Part shown: positions 37,921-46,879 of the stretch, piece by piece | Layout: each line of letters begins with the position of its first letter | Numbering within the stretch: position 1 is the first letter of the stretch | Virus record (IMG/VR): IMGVR_UViG_2597489997_000001 | Coordinates: 32,001-96,000 of that record | DNA from: a virus | Taxonomy: Duplodnaviria; Caudoviricetes | Strand: one strand, 5' to 3' | Length of the DNA: 64,000 nucleotides | Notes under the pieces: generated by a model | What the model saw: only the letters and a program-made list of their open reading frames with translations | The model's database searches: none | Told to the model about the DNA's origin: nothing | Program-made: the position numbers and the translations under genes

Positions 37921-38505
37921 ATGCCTTTGAATAACACAGCCGGTACATTACCCGCAACAGAACAAGCCATGGTCACTTATAAGTTCAAGTGCCCGGACTT
38001 AGCAGAGTTCTTTGAAACCCTTAACCCAGAGCAGTCACACATCGCTCTGGAAGGCGCTCTGAACATTATCTTTGCTAAGCCACCTATGTCATTGGAAGAT
38101 GTAATGGCTCCAATGGGGGACGGTACAGAGGCTCCTGATGAGGATGAGATTGAACCGCCTCAATCAGAAGAAGAATGTCAGATGGACCACGAAGGTTCTG
38201 TAACGCAGGCAACTGTACTGGCGCTGTTCGACCACCAACAAGGTATCCTGGCAGAAGCTGCTGGTATTACCGACATGGTCCCAGTCGATGATCCTGAGAA
38301 CTCCCCACTGTATCAGCAGATGGAAGAGATCTTTGGAAACATCGTGACTAAACTTTCTTCTGATATCACCGAAGATCGTTTCAACCAAGATGTCATTACT
38401 CTTTACGGAGAAATGGAGTTCTTCTCCCGCATCGAAATGTTCACCTATCAGTATAACACCAAAACTGATCAGCTGATCGTAACGATCTCTGCGTGTAACG
38501 CTTAA
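37921..38505 (+). CDS. acidic hypothetical protein
   Basis: GGAG RBS before ATG 37921. Confidence 0.75.
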   Translation: MPLNNTAGTLPATEQAMVTYKFKCPDLAEFFETLNPEQSHIALEGALNIIFAKPPMSLEDVMAPMGDGTEAPDEDEIEPPQSEEECQMDHEGSVTQATVLALFDHQQGILAEAAGITDMVPVDDPENSPLYQQMEEIFGNIVTKLSSDITEDRFNQDVITLYGEMEFFSRIEMFTYQYNTKTDQLIVTISACNA

Positions 38506-38520
38506 GACAATGAACAGTCC

Positions 38521-38550
38521 CTCCCCTACTCCTTAACCGGGGTAGGGGAG
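38521..38550. repeat. intergenic hairpin-family member
   Basis: ctcccctactcc-ttaacc-ggggtaggggag. Confidence 0.7.
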
Positions 38551-38592
38551 TGGTCTGAATACATTATTCCTTCCTAATTAAAGGAGTGCCTT

Positions 38593-39048
38593 ATGCCTGT
38601 CATTATTTATAAATGGATGACTCTAGCCAACATACCTCCTTTAAGCAAGGAGTCACCCGAGATAACGGATGTTTATGCTCACATAAAAGAAGGACTAAAG
38701 AAAGATCCTAAATTTACTGTTTGGGAAATTCCTCAATATACCTCATTCGGTGGAAGAGTGAGTTGGACCGCGTCCAACTTGAGAGTTTCCATAAAGGGCA
38801 TGATCGCATATCAAGTAGGAAAGTCTCTGCGAATGTCTACGGGGATCTTTAAGAACGGTGTACCCTCTGTTCACATCCCCACATTGACGTACTCTGAGTA
38901 CTTTCCATTGGACCGTATTATTGCCTGTACATTCCTTCCTATCCCGGAGGAGTTATCAGAATACTCCAAAAGTGAGTTAAAGGTAGGGAGAATAAATGGT
39001 CAAAAACATCAAGTTCATTTGGCTAATTTGAAGTGGATGAAACCATAG
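38593..39048 (+). CDS. degenerate NUMOD4/HNH homing-endonuclease-like protein
   Basis: WEIPQY...LRVS..G, LDRIIACTFLP, VGRINGQKHQVHLANLKW versus the canonical VHRLVA.AF+P / VNHIDGNK.NN...NLEW. Confidence 0.65.
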   Translation: MPVIIYKWMTLANIPPLSKESPEITDVYAHIKEGLKKDPKFTVWEIPQYTSFGGRVSWTASNLRVSIKGMIAYQVGKSLRMSTGIFKNGVPSVHIPTLTYSEYFPLDRIIACTFLPIPEELSEYSKSELKVGRINGQKHQVHLANLKWMKP

Positions 39049-39051
39049 TTA

Positions 39052-39079
39052 CCTTGCTACCTCTACCGGGGTAGCAAGG
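39052..39079. repeat. intergenic hairpin-family member
   Basis: ccttgctacctc-tacc-ggggtagcaagg. Confidence 0.7.
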
Positions 39080-39121
39080 GATAATACTTTGAACTATTAT
39101 TTTTTTTATGGAGCAACAAAC

Positions 39122-39838
39122 ATGTCTTGGGAATTAGAACATTTCGCTACAATGGTATCCGGGTGTGAATCTATCAATACTCATTTGGCTAAGGGCACTG
39201 GCCTGTCTGCTGATGGTGAGTATGCCTTCACTGTACTTAAACTCCATGCTTCTGATGCAGGCTTTGTTGCAGGAACCGAGGGTTTCCTGGACAACGTTAA
39301 GAAAGGCGCTAAGAAAGGGAAAGAGTGGTTTATTGCTTTCTTCAAAGCACTGAAAGATTTCTTCAAACAAGGTTTCAGAAATGTAATCTCTAACCTGGGT
39401 AAGTTGAAAGGCGGTGATAAGAAACATGCAGCTAAAACGGCAGCCACTTCTTTATCTCAATTGGAAGCAGCGATTAACGTACTCGAAATTGTAAGTGATC
39501 GTGATGCTGGTCTTGACACCGGTTACTACCGTGAGATGTTGGCCTTTAAGAATGATGTAATCCATGCCAGCCAATTATCCAAGAAAGCCAATGAACACGA
39601 CGTTGATCGTCTTATCAAGTTGGTTGAAGACGCTCTCTCTAAGGGTCAGCGGTTGTCAGACCGTATGGCAACTGACTGGGAACGTAATGTGGAGAAAGCC
39701 GATGCCGATGAGCACCAGAGAAAGTACTATATGGAGTTAGGGCGTGCCGGTGTTGATGTAGGGCGTGCCCTTAGCTTTGTTACAAGTGCTGCTCAGGTAT
39801 GGTCTCGCGAACTACGTGATGCTGGTGTGAAAGAATAA
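39122..39838 (+). CDS. probable internal head protein with G-x-E processing sites
   Basis: GGAG RBS; SGCES, AGTEGFLDNVKKG followed by amphipathic WFIAFFKALKDFF helix. Confidence 0.7.
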   Translation: MSWELEHFATMVSGCESINTHLAKGTGLSADGEYAFTVLKLHASDAGFVAGTEGFLDNVKKGAKKGKEWFIAFFKALKDFFKQGFRNVISNLGKLKGGDKKHAAKTAATSLSQLEAAINVLEIVSDRDAGLDTGYYREMLAFKNDVIHASQLSKKANEHDVDRLIKLVEDALSKGQRLSDRMATDWERNVEKADADEHQRKYYMELGRAGVDVGRALSFVTSAAQVWSRELRDAGVKE

Positions 39839-39883
39839 CATATTCCCCTTACCCTCCGAAAGGAAGGGTAAGGGTTATGTTTG
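39838..39883. repeat. hairpin-family member / bidirectional terminator
   Basis: acatattccccttaccctcc-gaaa-ggaagggtaagggttatgtttg between convergent genes. Confidence 0.75.
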
Positions 39884-41197
39884 TTATCTGAGTATTTGAG
39901 ATAAAGACATGGTTATGGTTTTCAATTGAGATACGTGCATCGCTTTCATACGCGTCAGCATGAACTGTGTAAATACGTAAACGGTTTCTGCTGATACACG
40001 GGTTTTGATCGCACCCAGTTTCTCACCGCAACATGTTTTACACAAGTTGTCATCAGGCTGAGTACAATACTCAGGAACACGCATTGCGACGACTGTACCA
40101 ATTAAGGATTCATGAGCCTTAGTCAACAGTACTGGCGTATTCCCTTCCATGATGTAACCACCCAACCAACCTTTGAAGTTAAACTTATTCAGCTTAATAG
40201 GTTCTGTGCGTTTGGTATCGCACATATCGGAACCAATCATCATACGGTTAGTTAAGAGAATAGCTACCTTAACTTCTGCACCACCTTCACCGGTTGCGTT
40301 ACCACGGTCAAATGACGCAGATACAGCGGTGTTAATGTATTCAGGATAATGATCAGGATCCCAACCCTCATCCAGTGATTTACGCAGTAATTGATATTTA
40401 CCTGTGTTGAAGTCAGGTACCATATCAAAGATGATGAACATCTTCTTACGGGCGTTATCAATGAACTTACCGTTAATGAAGAAGTCTTTAGATGGACCAG
40501 CGTATTGGATCTTAGCATCCAGCGCAATAACCTTATCAATAGCGATAGCTACTGCGGTAGGGTCATCTAGTTTACCTTCATCTTCTAACTGCTTCAATAG
40601 TTCATCACGGAGCTTGGTCACTTCAGGATGCACAGTGAGAACATCGATAGATGAAGCTTTAACGAAGACTTGGTTCATACCTTCAAGGTAGTCCAACTGC
40701 TTTGTTGCTTTCAGACATTCATCTACGGATGCTTTCCCTTCCGGTAGTTCTTCCCCTGGTAATGGGTTATCAACCATCAAGCCATCAATGATGCCTTGTA
40801 CAACACCACCAGAGATACGACCATTTACATAACTGGTACGAGTACCGAATGACTCAAACAACACAACGATGTTAACAAGGAAGATACCGATAGTGGTTTC
40901 TTTCTTTTCTCTAACAAAGTCATGCACGTCCATGTCAATAGTCAACTTCTCATTCTTATAGAAGAGAGGTTGGTTAAAATCCTCGTAGCCAGTAATAATG
41001 ACCTTGTTACCTTGTTCATCGATAAAGTAGAACTGTTTGTTCTCGTTATCACGAATCATCGCATACGGAACTTTCTCTAAAAGAGATTTGTTCTTAGGAG
41101 TATCGTGTACGAGGCTGAAGATGGACATCAAGAAAGTCTTACGAATGTATGCACGATTCTTAAATGCCAAGAACAGATAGTCGAGCTTATGCATCAA
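39884..41197 (-). CDS. virion RNA polymerase beta' middle subunit (phiKZ gp80-like)
   Basis: SLDEGW, SFDRG..T..GG, MRVPEYC, CKTCCG, MKAMH. Confidence 0.85.
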   Translation of the reverse strand: MMHKLDYLFLAFKNRAYIRKTFLMSIFSLVHDTPKNKSLLEKVPYAMIRDNENKQFYFIDEQGNKVIITGYEDFNQPLFYKNEKLTIDMDVHDFVREKKETTIGIFLVNIVVLFESFGTRTSYVNGRISGGVVQGIIDGLMVDNPLPGEELPEGKASVDECLKATKQLDYLEGMNQVFVKASSIDVLTVHPEVTKLRDELLKQLEDEGKLDDPTAVAIAIDKVIALDAKIQYAGPSKDFFINGKFIDNARKKMFIIFDMVPDFNTGKYQLLRKSLDEGWDPDHYPEYINTAVSASFDRGNATGEGGAEVKVAILLTNRMMIGSDMCDTKRTEPIKLNKFNFKGWLGGYIMEGNTPVLLTKAHESLIGTVVAMRVPEYCTQPDDNLCKTCCGEKLGAIKTRVSAETVYVFTQFMLTRMKAMHVSQLKTITMSLSQILR

Positions 41198-42074
41198 GCT
41201 TCACCTCTTTCAATATTTCATTTCCTTTATACACTTCCTCAATGGTGGAGCAGTGATCTTCGATTAATGCAGTGAACTGTCCGAAGATCTCTTTATCGCT
41301 GAGGTCAGAGATAATCATCAAGGATAATACCATGCCCAGATAAACGATCGGTTCTTCATCTACCAATGACAACGCTAACTCATTAGCAAACAGGGTGAAG
41401 TAAACGTCAATGTTTAAACCAACACCACCACCATTTGCTATGTGGGTACCAGCAAAGGTTTTCACCAGGAATTGCTTGTTACGGATGATGCGCTGTTTCA
41501 GTACGTGATCCAGAACTTGATCGTCGTCTTCATCAATCAGGTTCAAACCGATTTTAATACCACGAATGGTATTCATGGAAACGTCTTCAATGAAGTACTC
41601 CATGTCATCCAGCTTGTTCTCATACTGAGGCTGGGTTAGTCTGACGATTTTCAGGAAACGTTCTTTACAGTCTGCTTCATCGTCATCTAATACGTCAACC
41701 AAGCCGATCAGGTCAGTCATACCGTCGAACAGATAAATGGTATCGATAACGATCTTCAATGGTTCTAAGTGATCCATTGTTAAAAAGTCTTTATCAATGA
41801 TAATACCCATTATCTGCAACGCGTCGATAAAGGTATCGATAAACAGTTTGCGGACATGAGCAATCAAGTCTGCCGTATCTAAACCTTCATCAATAAACAG
41901 ATGTTCTAGCGTTGAGTCGATGTAACTGTCAGGGAATGACAACGTAATTAAATTATACGACTCAATGAATAATGTAGCTTGGGCAGGATGTACACGCGCT
42001 ATAAAGTCCAGCCACATATCACCTAAATTTTCCGCACCTAAGTCTACGTTGGTAAGATCAATCATATCTGACAT
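41187..42074 (-). CDS. conserved acidic protein (phiKZ gp79-like by position)
   Basis: Coupled upstream of the gp80-like gene. Confidence 0.65.
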   Translation of the reverse strand: MSDMIDLTNVDLGAENLGDMWLDFIARVHPAQATLFIESYNLITLSFPDSYIDSTLEHLFIDEGLDTADLIAHVRKLFIDTFIDALQIMGIIIDKDFLTMDHLEPLKIVIDTIYLFDGMTDLIGLVDVLDDDEADCKERFLKIVRLTQPQYENKLDDMEYFIEDVSMNTIRGIKIGLNLIDEDDDQVLDHVLKQRIIRNKQFLVKTFAGTHIANGGGVGLNIDVYFTLFANELALSLVDEEPIVYLGMVLSLMIISDLSDKEIFGQFTALIEDHCSTIEEVYKGNEILKEVKLDA

Positions 42075-42107
42075 AGATTTGCCTATTTACTTATAAGGGG
42101 TCATAAC

Positions 42108-42866
42108 ATGTCTAAGAAGTCCGTTCACACTCGTGCTGTAAAACGCAATGCCCGCGCTAAAGCTAAACGTACATCAATCGCTCGTGGCAAGGCAACTCCA
42201 GCTGCGTTACAGCAGAAGAAGATGAACAAACTCTTTGACGTCATTGGGGATCGTCCTGATTTCGACAACGTGTTAGAACACGCGATGAAACAAGTACGTA
42301 AGGGTAAAGTAGAGAAGTCGTCATTTAAAGACAGTTCCGAGTTACTGGATGGTCTGAAGAAAATGACAGGCGAAGTATTCCGTATGTACTGTTATATTAC
42401 TCTGGTTAACGAGATGATTAACAAGCAAGTTATTGTTGATGAGATCAAAGTTGACCTGCCTGGTATTACTCGCAAGCTGCTGGAAATCGACAACCGCATC
42501 GGTCAGTTGGTTTATCTGACTGAGAACCGCACTGAGATGGAAGATAAGTTCGGTGAAGGTTCTGACCTCTACATTAACACCGAATCTCTGGATATGGGCA
42601 CCACACTCCAGACCTTCGCAGATATTCTGTATGAAGAAGTTGCTCGTTTCGAACCGCATTCTCTGGTATTCGAAGAAACATTATCTCGTCTGGCTGATGG
42701 CGAAGCAGAAGGTGATGAGAACCAACGTCGCTTCAAAGTACTGCAAACTATCGCTTACGCTTACATGGCTGACATTAGTCTGAAAGATAAAGAAGCGGAA
42801 GAACAGACTGCTTCAGAACTTCAAGAAGACAACACTGGTGGAAATAACGAACCCGTTGTTGCTTAA
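42108..42866 (+). CDS. conserved protein with basic N-terminus (gp78-like by position)
   Basis: AGGGG RBS; divergent from the gp79-like gene. Confidence 0.7.
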   Translation: MSKKSVHTRAVKRNARAKAKRTSIARGKATPAALQQKKMNKLFDVIGDRPDFDNVLEHAMKQVRKGKVEKSSFKDSSELLDGLKKMTGEVFRMYCYITLVNEMINKQVIVDEIKVDLPGITRKLLEIDNRIGQLVYLTENRTEMEDKFGEGSDLYINTESLDMGTTLQTFADILYEEVARFEPHSLVFEETLSRLADGEAEGDENQRRFKVLQTIAYAYMADISLKDKEAEEQTASELQEDNTGGNNEPVVA

Positions 42867-42907
42867 TCCGTAATCCCTCAATCCACTCCTTATATAGGAA
42901 TGTAATA

Positions 42908-44527
42908 ATGTCAGAAGTTAATAACGACACACCTCAGACAGAAATGCAGCAGGAAGTAAATAAAGAGAAGTGCATTAAGATTCTCCGTGCTACACTGCTG
43001 GGAACTGCTGATGATCTTCAACCTTCCCTTCCTCTGTTCATTGGTACTCTGAAAGAAGAACATGCGATTATCTATCGTGCTGCAACTTCTTATCTGGGTA
43101 TGGTAGATGCTCAGAAGAAAGGTAATGAACGCGCAGTAAATATCTTCAAGTCCCAGTTCGAAGAAATTCGTGCAGAACACTTCCCTGGTTCTGAAGATGC
43201 CGTTCTGTTCCCAATGTTGACCAACTACTTCCACTTCTTCTTCAATGGACTGGACCGTACTCTGGTTCGCGATGAAACCATTGATCTGGCTCAGACCGCT
43301 GATGTCGGTAACACTTTCCCAGGCAAAGCTGGACCGATGGCACTGGTTAACCCTTTGACTCCATCTGTTAATGCCACGATGGGTGTCCGTGAACGTATGC
43401 GTCGTAACTTCCTGCGTGCTTATGATCGCCCTGACTCTTTCAACCTGGTTCTGGAAAACTCCCTCATCTTTATGAAGGTTAAAGTTCCTGAGCCATTGGA
43501 ACTGGTTCGTCTGATTAATGACATCGTCATTAAGCTTCGCCAGTACGGTGAAAAGTATCAGGTGTCTTCTCTCCACCTGGAACGTGCCGGTATTGGTAAG
43601 ATCCTGGTTAACTTCATTCTGGACCGTCTGTCATACCACAGTGTTAAAGGTATTGACGATCCGTATGAACTGAAGTCAATTATTCTGGCTAACGACCTTA
43701 ACCAGATTGCACAGACTCTGTTATGTATCACTCAGCCTAAGGGTGTTGCATTCCGCATGTACTGCCTGGCTAACAAGTGTAACTACTCAGAGAACGTTAT
43801 CATTGATCCTACATCAATGTTACTGGAACTGGGTAACACTATGCCTGAGAAGCGCTGGGAGCTCTTACAGGACGTTGTTAACAATGGTCGTAAGTTATCC
43901 CGTGAAGAGATCGCTGCTAACCCTCCTGTCTATCTGGACAAAGAAGGTAAGGAAATCAAACCAGGGGTTGACCTGAAAGACGGTACTGGTCGCTTGCTGA
44001 TTGGTGTTCCTACCATGGGTGAGTACTTCGCTGCGTTTGATGCAATGGCAGAACGTCTGAACCCTGAACTGCGTCAGTTGGCAGTAGACTTCCCTAATCA
44101 GAAGATCTACTCTGAAAAACGTAAAGAAGTGGTTGCTGCGTTACGTGGCGGCGAGTACCTGCAATGGTTCCGCGCTTACGAAATCTTCCCTCCTGTTGGT
44201 GAAGAAGGTGATAACGAAATCATTACTCGTGAAGAAGATCCTAAAGAGTTCGATGAAGGTCTGATGGATATCTTCAACAAGGATGACGATCTTTACTACG
44301 ATGCCATTCAGCAGATCATTACTTACGCACCTCGTATGACATATACCTTCGTTGGTATTAAAGACGACGTGTGCCCTAACTGTAAGAAGAAAGCAGAAGG
44401 TGTTGACCGTGAAGCTACCCCAGGCTTTACTCCAGTTGACCCAGTACTGAATTTTTTCGACCATACCCGAATGATGATCAACGTCCAGACGTTCAACGGA
44501 ACTTTACAAGAGGACAGTCTTTCTTAA
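42908..44527 (+). CDS. putative tail/baseplate-hub assembly chaperone (T4 gp26-like; phiKZ gp77-like)
   Basis: L.NS...., D...+.....P.G..F..YCLANKC, CPNC, terminal DPVLNFF. Confidence 0.6.
   Translation: MSEVNNDTPQTEMQQEVNKEKCIKILRATLLGTADDLQPSLPLFIGTLKEEHAIIYRAATSYLGMVDAQKKGNERAVNIFKSQFEEIRAEHFPGSEDAVLFPMLTNYFHFFFNGLDRTLVRDETIDLAQTADVGNTFPGKAGPMALVNPLTPSVNATMGVRERMRRNFLRAYDRPDSFNLVLENSLIFMKVKVPEPLELVRLINDIVIKLRQYGEKYQVSSLHLERAGIGKILVNFILDRLSYHSVKGIDDPYELKSIILANDLNQIAQTLLCITQPKGVAFRMYCLANKCNYSENVIIDPTSMLLELGNTMPEKRWELLQDVVNNGRKLSREEIAANPPVYLDKEGKEIKPGVDLKDGTGRLLIGVPTMGEYFAAFDAMAERLNPELRQLAVDFPNQKIYSEKRKEVVAALRGGEYLQWFRAYEIFPPVGEEGDNEIITREEDPKEFDEGLMDIFNKDDDLYYDAIQQIITYAPRMTYTFVGIKDDVCPNCKKKAEGVDREATPGFTPVDPVLNFFDHTRMMINVQTFNGTLQEDSLS
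44452..44458 (+). other. candidate -1 programmed ribosomal frameshift site T TTT TTC
   Basis: Correctly phased XXXYYYZ heptamer; -1 frame is stop-free from 44440 to 44979. Confidence 0.6.
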
Positions 44528-44568
44528 ATACTGAGAAAGATTTAAACCCTCAATCGGTTAATAAGGCG

Positions 44569-44979
44569 ATGGAATTACTCATCGCCTCAGCCAATGAAGT
44601 TGATCCATTGAAGTTAGCCATAACCGATCATCGGATGTTTGCTTTGCGTCATGGGTACATCTCTGATAAGGAACCTTTTGTTAACCACATTAAGTTCAAT
44701 ACTCAGTTACGGGATTGTTATCATCCGTGGTCGGCTAGCTCTGTCGGACACACATACGGGATACGGGAATACGAAAAGGTTATATCTCTGAAGGACTACA
44801 TGACTATGCCGGTAGACCTTACTGAGGATCTTTTGGAAGCCGTTGTTCGTGGTCAAGCTGACTTAGCTAAGCTTAAGAAAGAAGCTGCGGACAAAGCTGC
44901 ACGTGCAGCAGGTGGATCTACCGACCCTGGTAAGTCTGCCATAACTAATGCATTAAGAGAGGACAAGCGTCATGGGTAA
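44569..44979 (+). CDS. T4 gp51-like chaperone domain; possibly made as a frameshift extension of 42908..44527
   Basis: ISLKDYMTMPVDLTEDLL motif; RBS poorly spaced (TAAGG 2 nt before ATG). Confidence 0.6.
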   Translation: MELLIASANEVDPLKLAITDHRMFALRHGYISDKEPFVNHIKFNTQLRDCYHPWSASSVGHTYGIREYEKVISLKDYMTMPVDLTEDLLEAVVRGQADLAKLKKEAADKAARAAGGSTDPGKSAITNALREDKRHG

Positions 44980-45499
44980 TGCTTTTGAACCACCTAAGGT
45001 AGACAAGCGTCAGAATGCTGTCGCCGTACAAGTTGCTGCTGAAGTAAAAGAAGCTGAAGCACCACGCGTACCTACTACTCCAGCCACCATTTATAAAAAT
45101 GGTATTGATACCTTCGTTCGCTTCCTGAAAGGTGAAGTGTTTGGTGGTTCCCTGGAAGAACGTAAGAAGTATCAGCTGCAATTCGTTGATTCTATCTGGC
45201 CTATGCTGGAACTGAGCGACGCACTGCTGAAAGACATTCTGGATCACTTCGTTATTCAGATTGTTGAGAACAAAGATGTATTCAACTACAATTCTGTTTG
45301 TGCTCCTCTGTTCTCCGTTGAATCAGATCGTGCAACCGATGTGATGACTCGTTACAAGCAGTTCATGCTGTTCATTATCATGTACGCTGAGAATGCTCGT
45401 GACCGTCAACGTTTCCTGGCTATGTACGATGTACCTCGTTTCACTAACACGCTGACTCCTATCGCGAAACAGCGTCTTACCAACTACGTGTATCGTTAA
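44972..45499 (+). CDS. conserved protein (gp76-like by position)
   Basis: GAGGA RBS. Confidence 0.7.
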   Translation: MGNAFEPPKVDKRQNAVAVQVAAEVKEAEAPRVPTTPATIYKNGIDTFVRFLKGEVFGGSLEERKKYQLQFVDSIWPMLELSDALLKDILDHFVIQIVENKDVFNYNSVCAPLFSVESDRATDVMTRYKQFMLFIIMYAENARDRQRFLAMYDVPRFTNTLTPIAKQRLTNYVYR

Positions 45500-45500
45500 T

Positions 45501-45548
45501 ATAATTCCCTACTCCCTCCGCAAGGAAGGGGTAGGGGTTTATGTTTGT
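45501..45548. repeat. hairpin-family member / terminator
   Basis: ataattccctactccctcc-gcaa-ggaaggggtaggggtttatgtttgt. Confidence 0.75.
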
Positions 45549-45555
45549 CTATTCA

Positions 45556-45584
45556 TTTTCAAACAGATATTATTATAATGTATA
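45556..45584 (+). promoter_or_regulatory. putative early promoter
   Basis: ttttcaaacagATATTATtataatGTATA. Confidence 0.65.
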
Positions 45585-45621
45585 AGTACAAATCTAAATT
45601 ACCCCAATAAGGAATAACACC

Positions 45622-46089
45622 GTGGCTGATATTACTGATGATTTCTTCTCTGTTACTGAAGACTCTTTCAAAGAGTTACTGAAAGATAAAGTAGCTGGTA
45701 TTGATGAGCGTAAACTTGTTCATTTGATCAAGGGTATTCGCAAACAGTCTTACTTCGGTGAGAGCATGTTCAAAGATCCTGCATTCGGCCAGGGCGAGCG
45801 CTGTAAGGTTGTTTACCAAGCCGTCCCTAACCCACTGACTGCTGAACAGTTCCATGAGCAATCTAACATCAAGGTTCCTTATACTGATCTGTTGGACGCC
45901 TTTGTCATTCCGCTGTGGGTTCCTAATCAGTGTAATGCGGTACAAGCTCGTCTGGCTATCTGCACCCCGCGATATGGGGACCATGTCATCGCTGTACAGG
46001 TCCGTTATGGCTTCAAACAAAATGTGTGGGCAACCATTTACTGTGATACCCAAACAGTAAAAATCGCCATCCGTTCAATCCTCCGTTAA
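45622..46089 (+). CDS. hypothetical protein, paralogue of 46101..46568
   Basis: TAAGGA RBS, GTG start; E.SF+ELL, ER..V...A+.NP, LDA.VIP. Confidence 0.8.
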   Translation: MADITDDFFSVTEDSFKELLKDKVAGIDERKLVHLIKGIRKQSYFGESMFKDPAFGQGERCKVVYQAVPNPLTAEQFHEQSNIKVPYTDLLDAFVIPLWVPNQCNAVQARLAICTPRYGDHVIAVQVRYGFKQNVWATIYCDTQTVKIAIRSILR

Positions 46090-46100
46090 TAGGTATCCCC

Positions 46101-46568
46101 ATGGCTAAAGAAATTACCGAAGAACAATTCAATCATGACATCCCTCCATCTATTCTGGAGAAGTCTTTCCGTGAGTTGTTGAACGAAACGTTCATTAAGG
46201 ATAAGCGAGCTTATTTGATTCACGAAGTTCGTAACATGTCCCATCACTCTGGTTTTGAGAACATTTTCAACTACGAATACATCGATCACTACGAACGTGT
46301 GGTTGTTGAAAAAGATGCTATTGTCAATCCGTTCTTTGATGATAGTCCTGATCGCCCTGAGAAGCTCGATGCGCTGGTTATTCCGTTCATGGATGGGTAT
46401 GGTTCAGTTTGCCATATCAAGCTGTGTATCTCCATTAGCGAGTACGAATATCCTACCTATGAACTTCGTTTCCAGGTTCGTGGGGTTCGCCGCAATATCC
46501 ATCTTCCGGTAACGCCGAAGAACGCTCTGCCCACCATTAAGAAACTTCAGTACCCTGGTAAGTTCTAA
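46101..46568 (+). CDS. hypothetical protein, paralogue of 45622..46089
   Basis: Motifs shared with the upstream gene. Confidence 0.8.
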   Translation: MAKEITEEQFNHDIPPSILEKSFRELLNETFIKDKRAYLIHEVRNMSHHSGFENIFNYEYIDHYERVVVEKDAIVNPFFDDSPDRPEKLDALVIPFMDGYGSVCHIKLCISISEYEYPTYELRFQVRGVRRNIHLPVTPKNALPTIKKLQYPGKF

Positions 46569-46577
46569 GGAGAAGTA

Positions 46578-46832
46578 ATGTCTATCGATAAAAGGAAGTG
46601 GGTTGTATCATCTAAAGGCCGACCTACTAATACCGTGGAAATATCTGCTGTTCAGTACGGTGCCCATGGTAATACCTCGTGGGGCTGGCCCGGTGTCGAT
46701 AAAATAATTCTTCTTGACCAGCGCTCTGGGTATTCTCCCGATTTACCAAACGCCATGGAGCTGATCAAAGATGCTGAGGAACTCGCTCAGGTTGTCTGTG
46801 ATCATAAGAATAAGAAGTTAGGTCTACTATAA
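46578..46832 (+). CDS. small hypothetical protein (SWGW motif)
   Basis: TAAGGAG RBS. Confidence 0.75.
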   Translation: MSIDKRKWVVSSKGRPTNTVEISAVQYGAHGNTSWGWPGVDKIILLDQRSGYSPDLPNAMELIKDAEELAQVVCDHKNKKLGLL

Positions 46833-46834
46833 AG

Positions 46835-46878
46835 ACATATCCCCTACCCACTCCGTCAAGGAGGGGTAGGGGTTTATG
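46835..46878. repeat. hairpin-family member; 32-bp core is the exact reverse complement of 52748-52779
   Basis: cccctacccactccgtcaaggaggggtagggg (46841-46872), flanked by acata/tttatg. Confidence 0.85.
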
Positions 46879-46879
46879 A

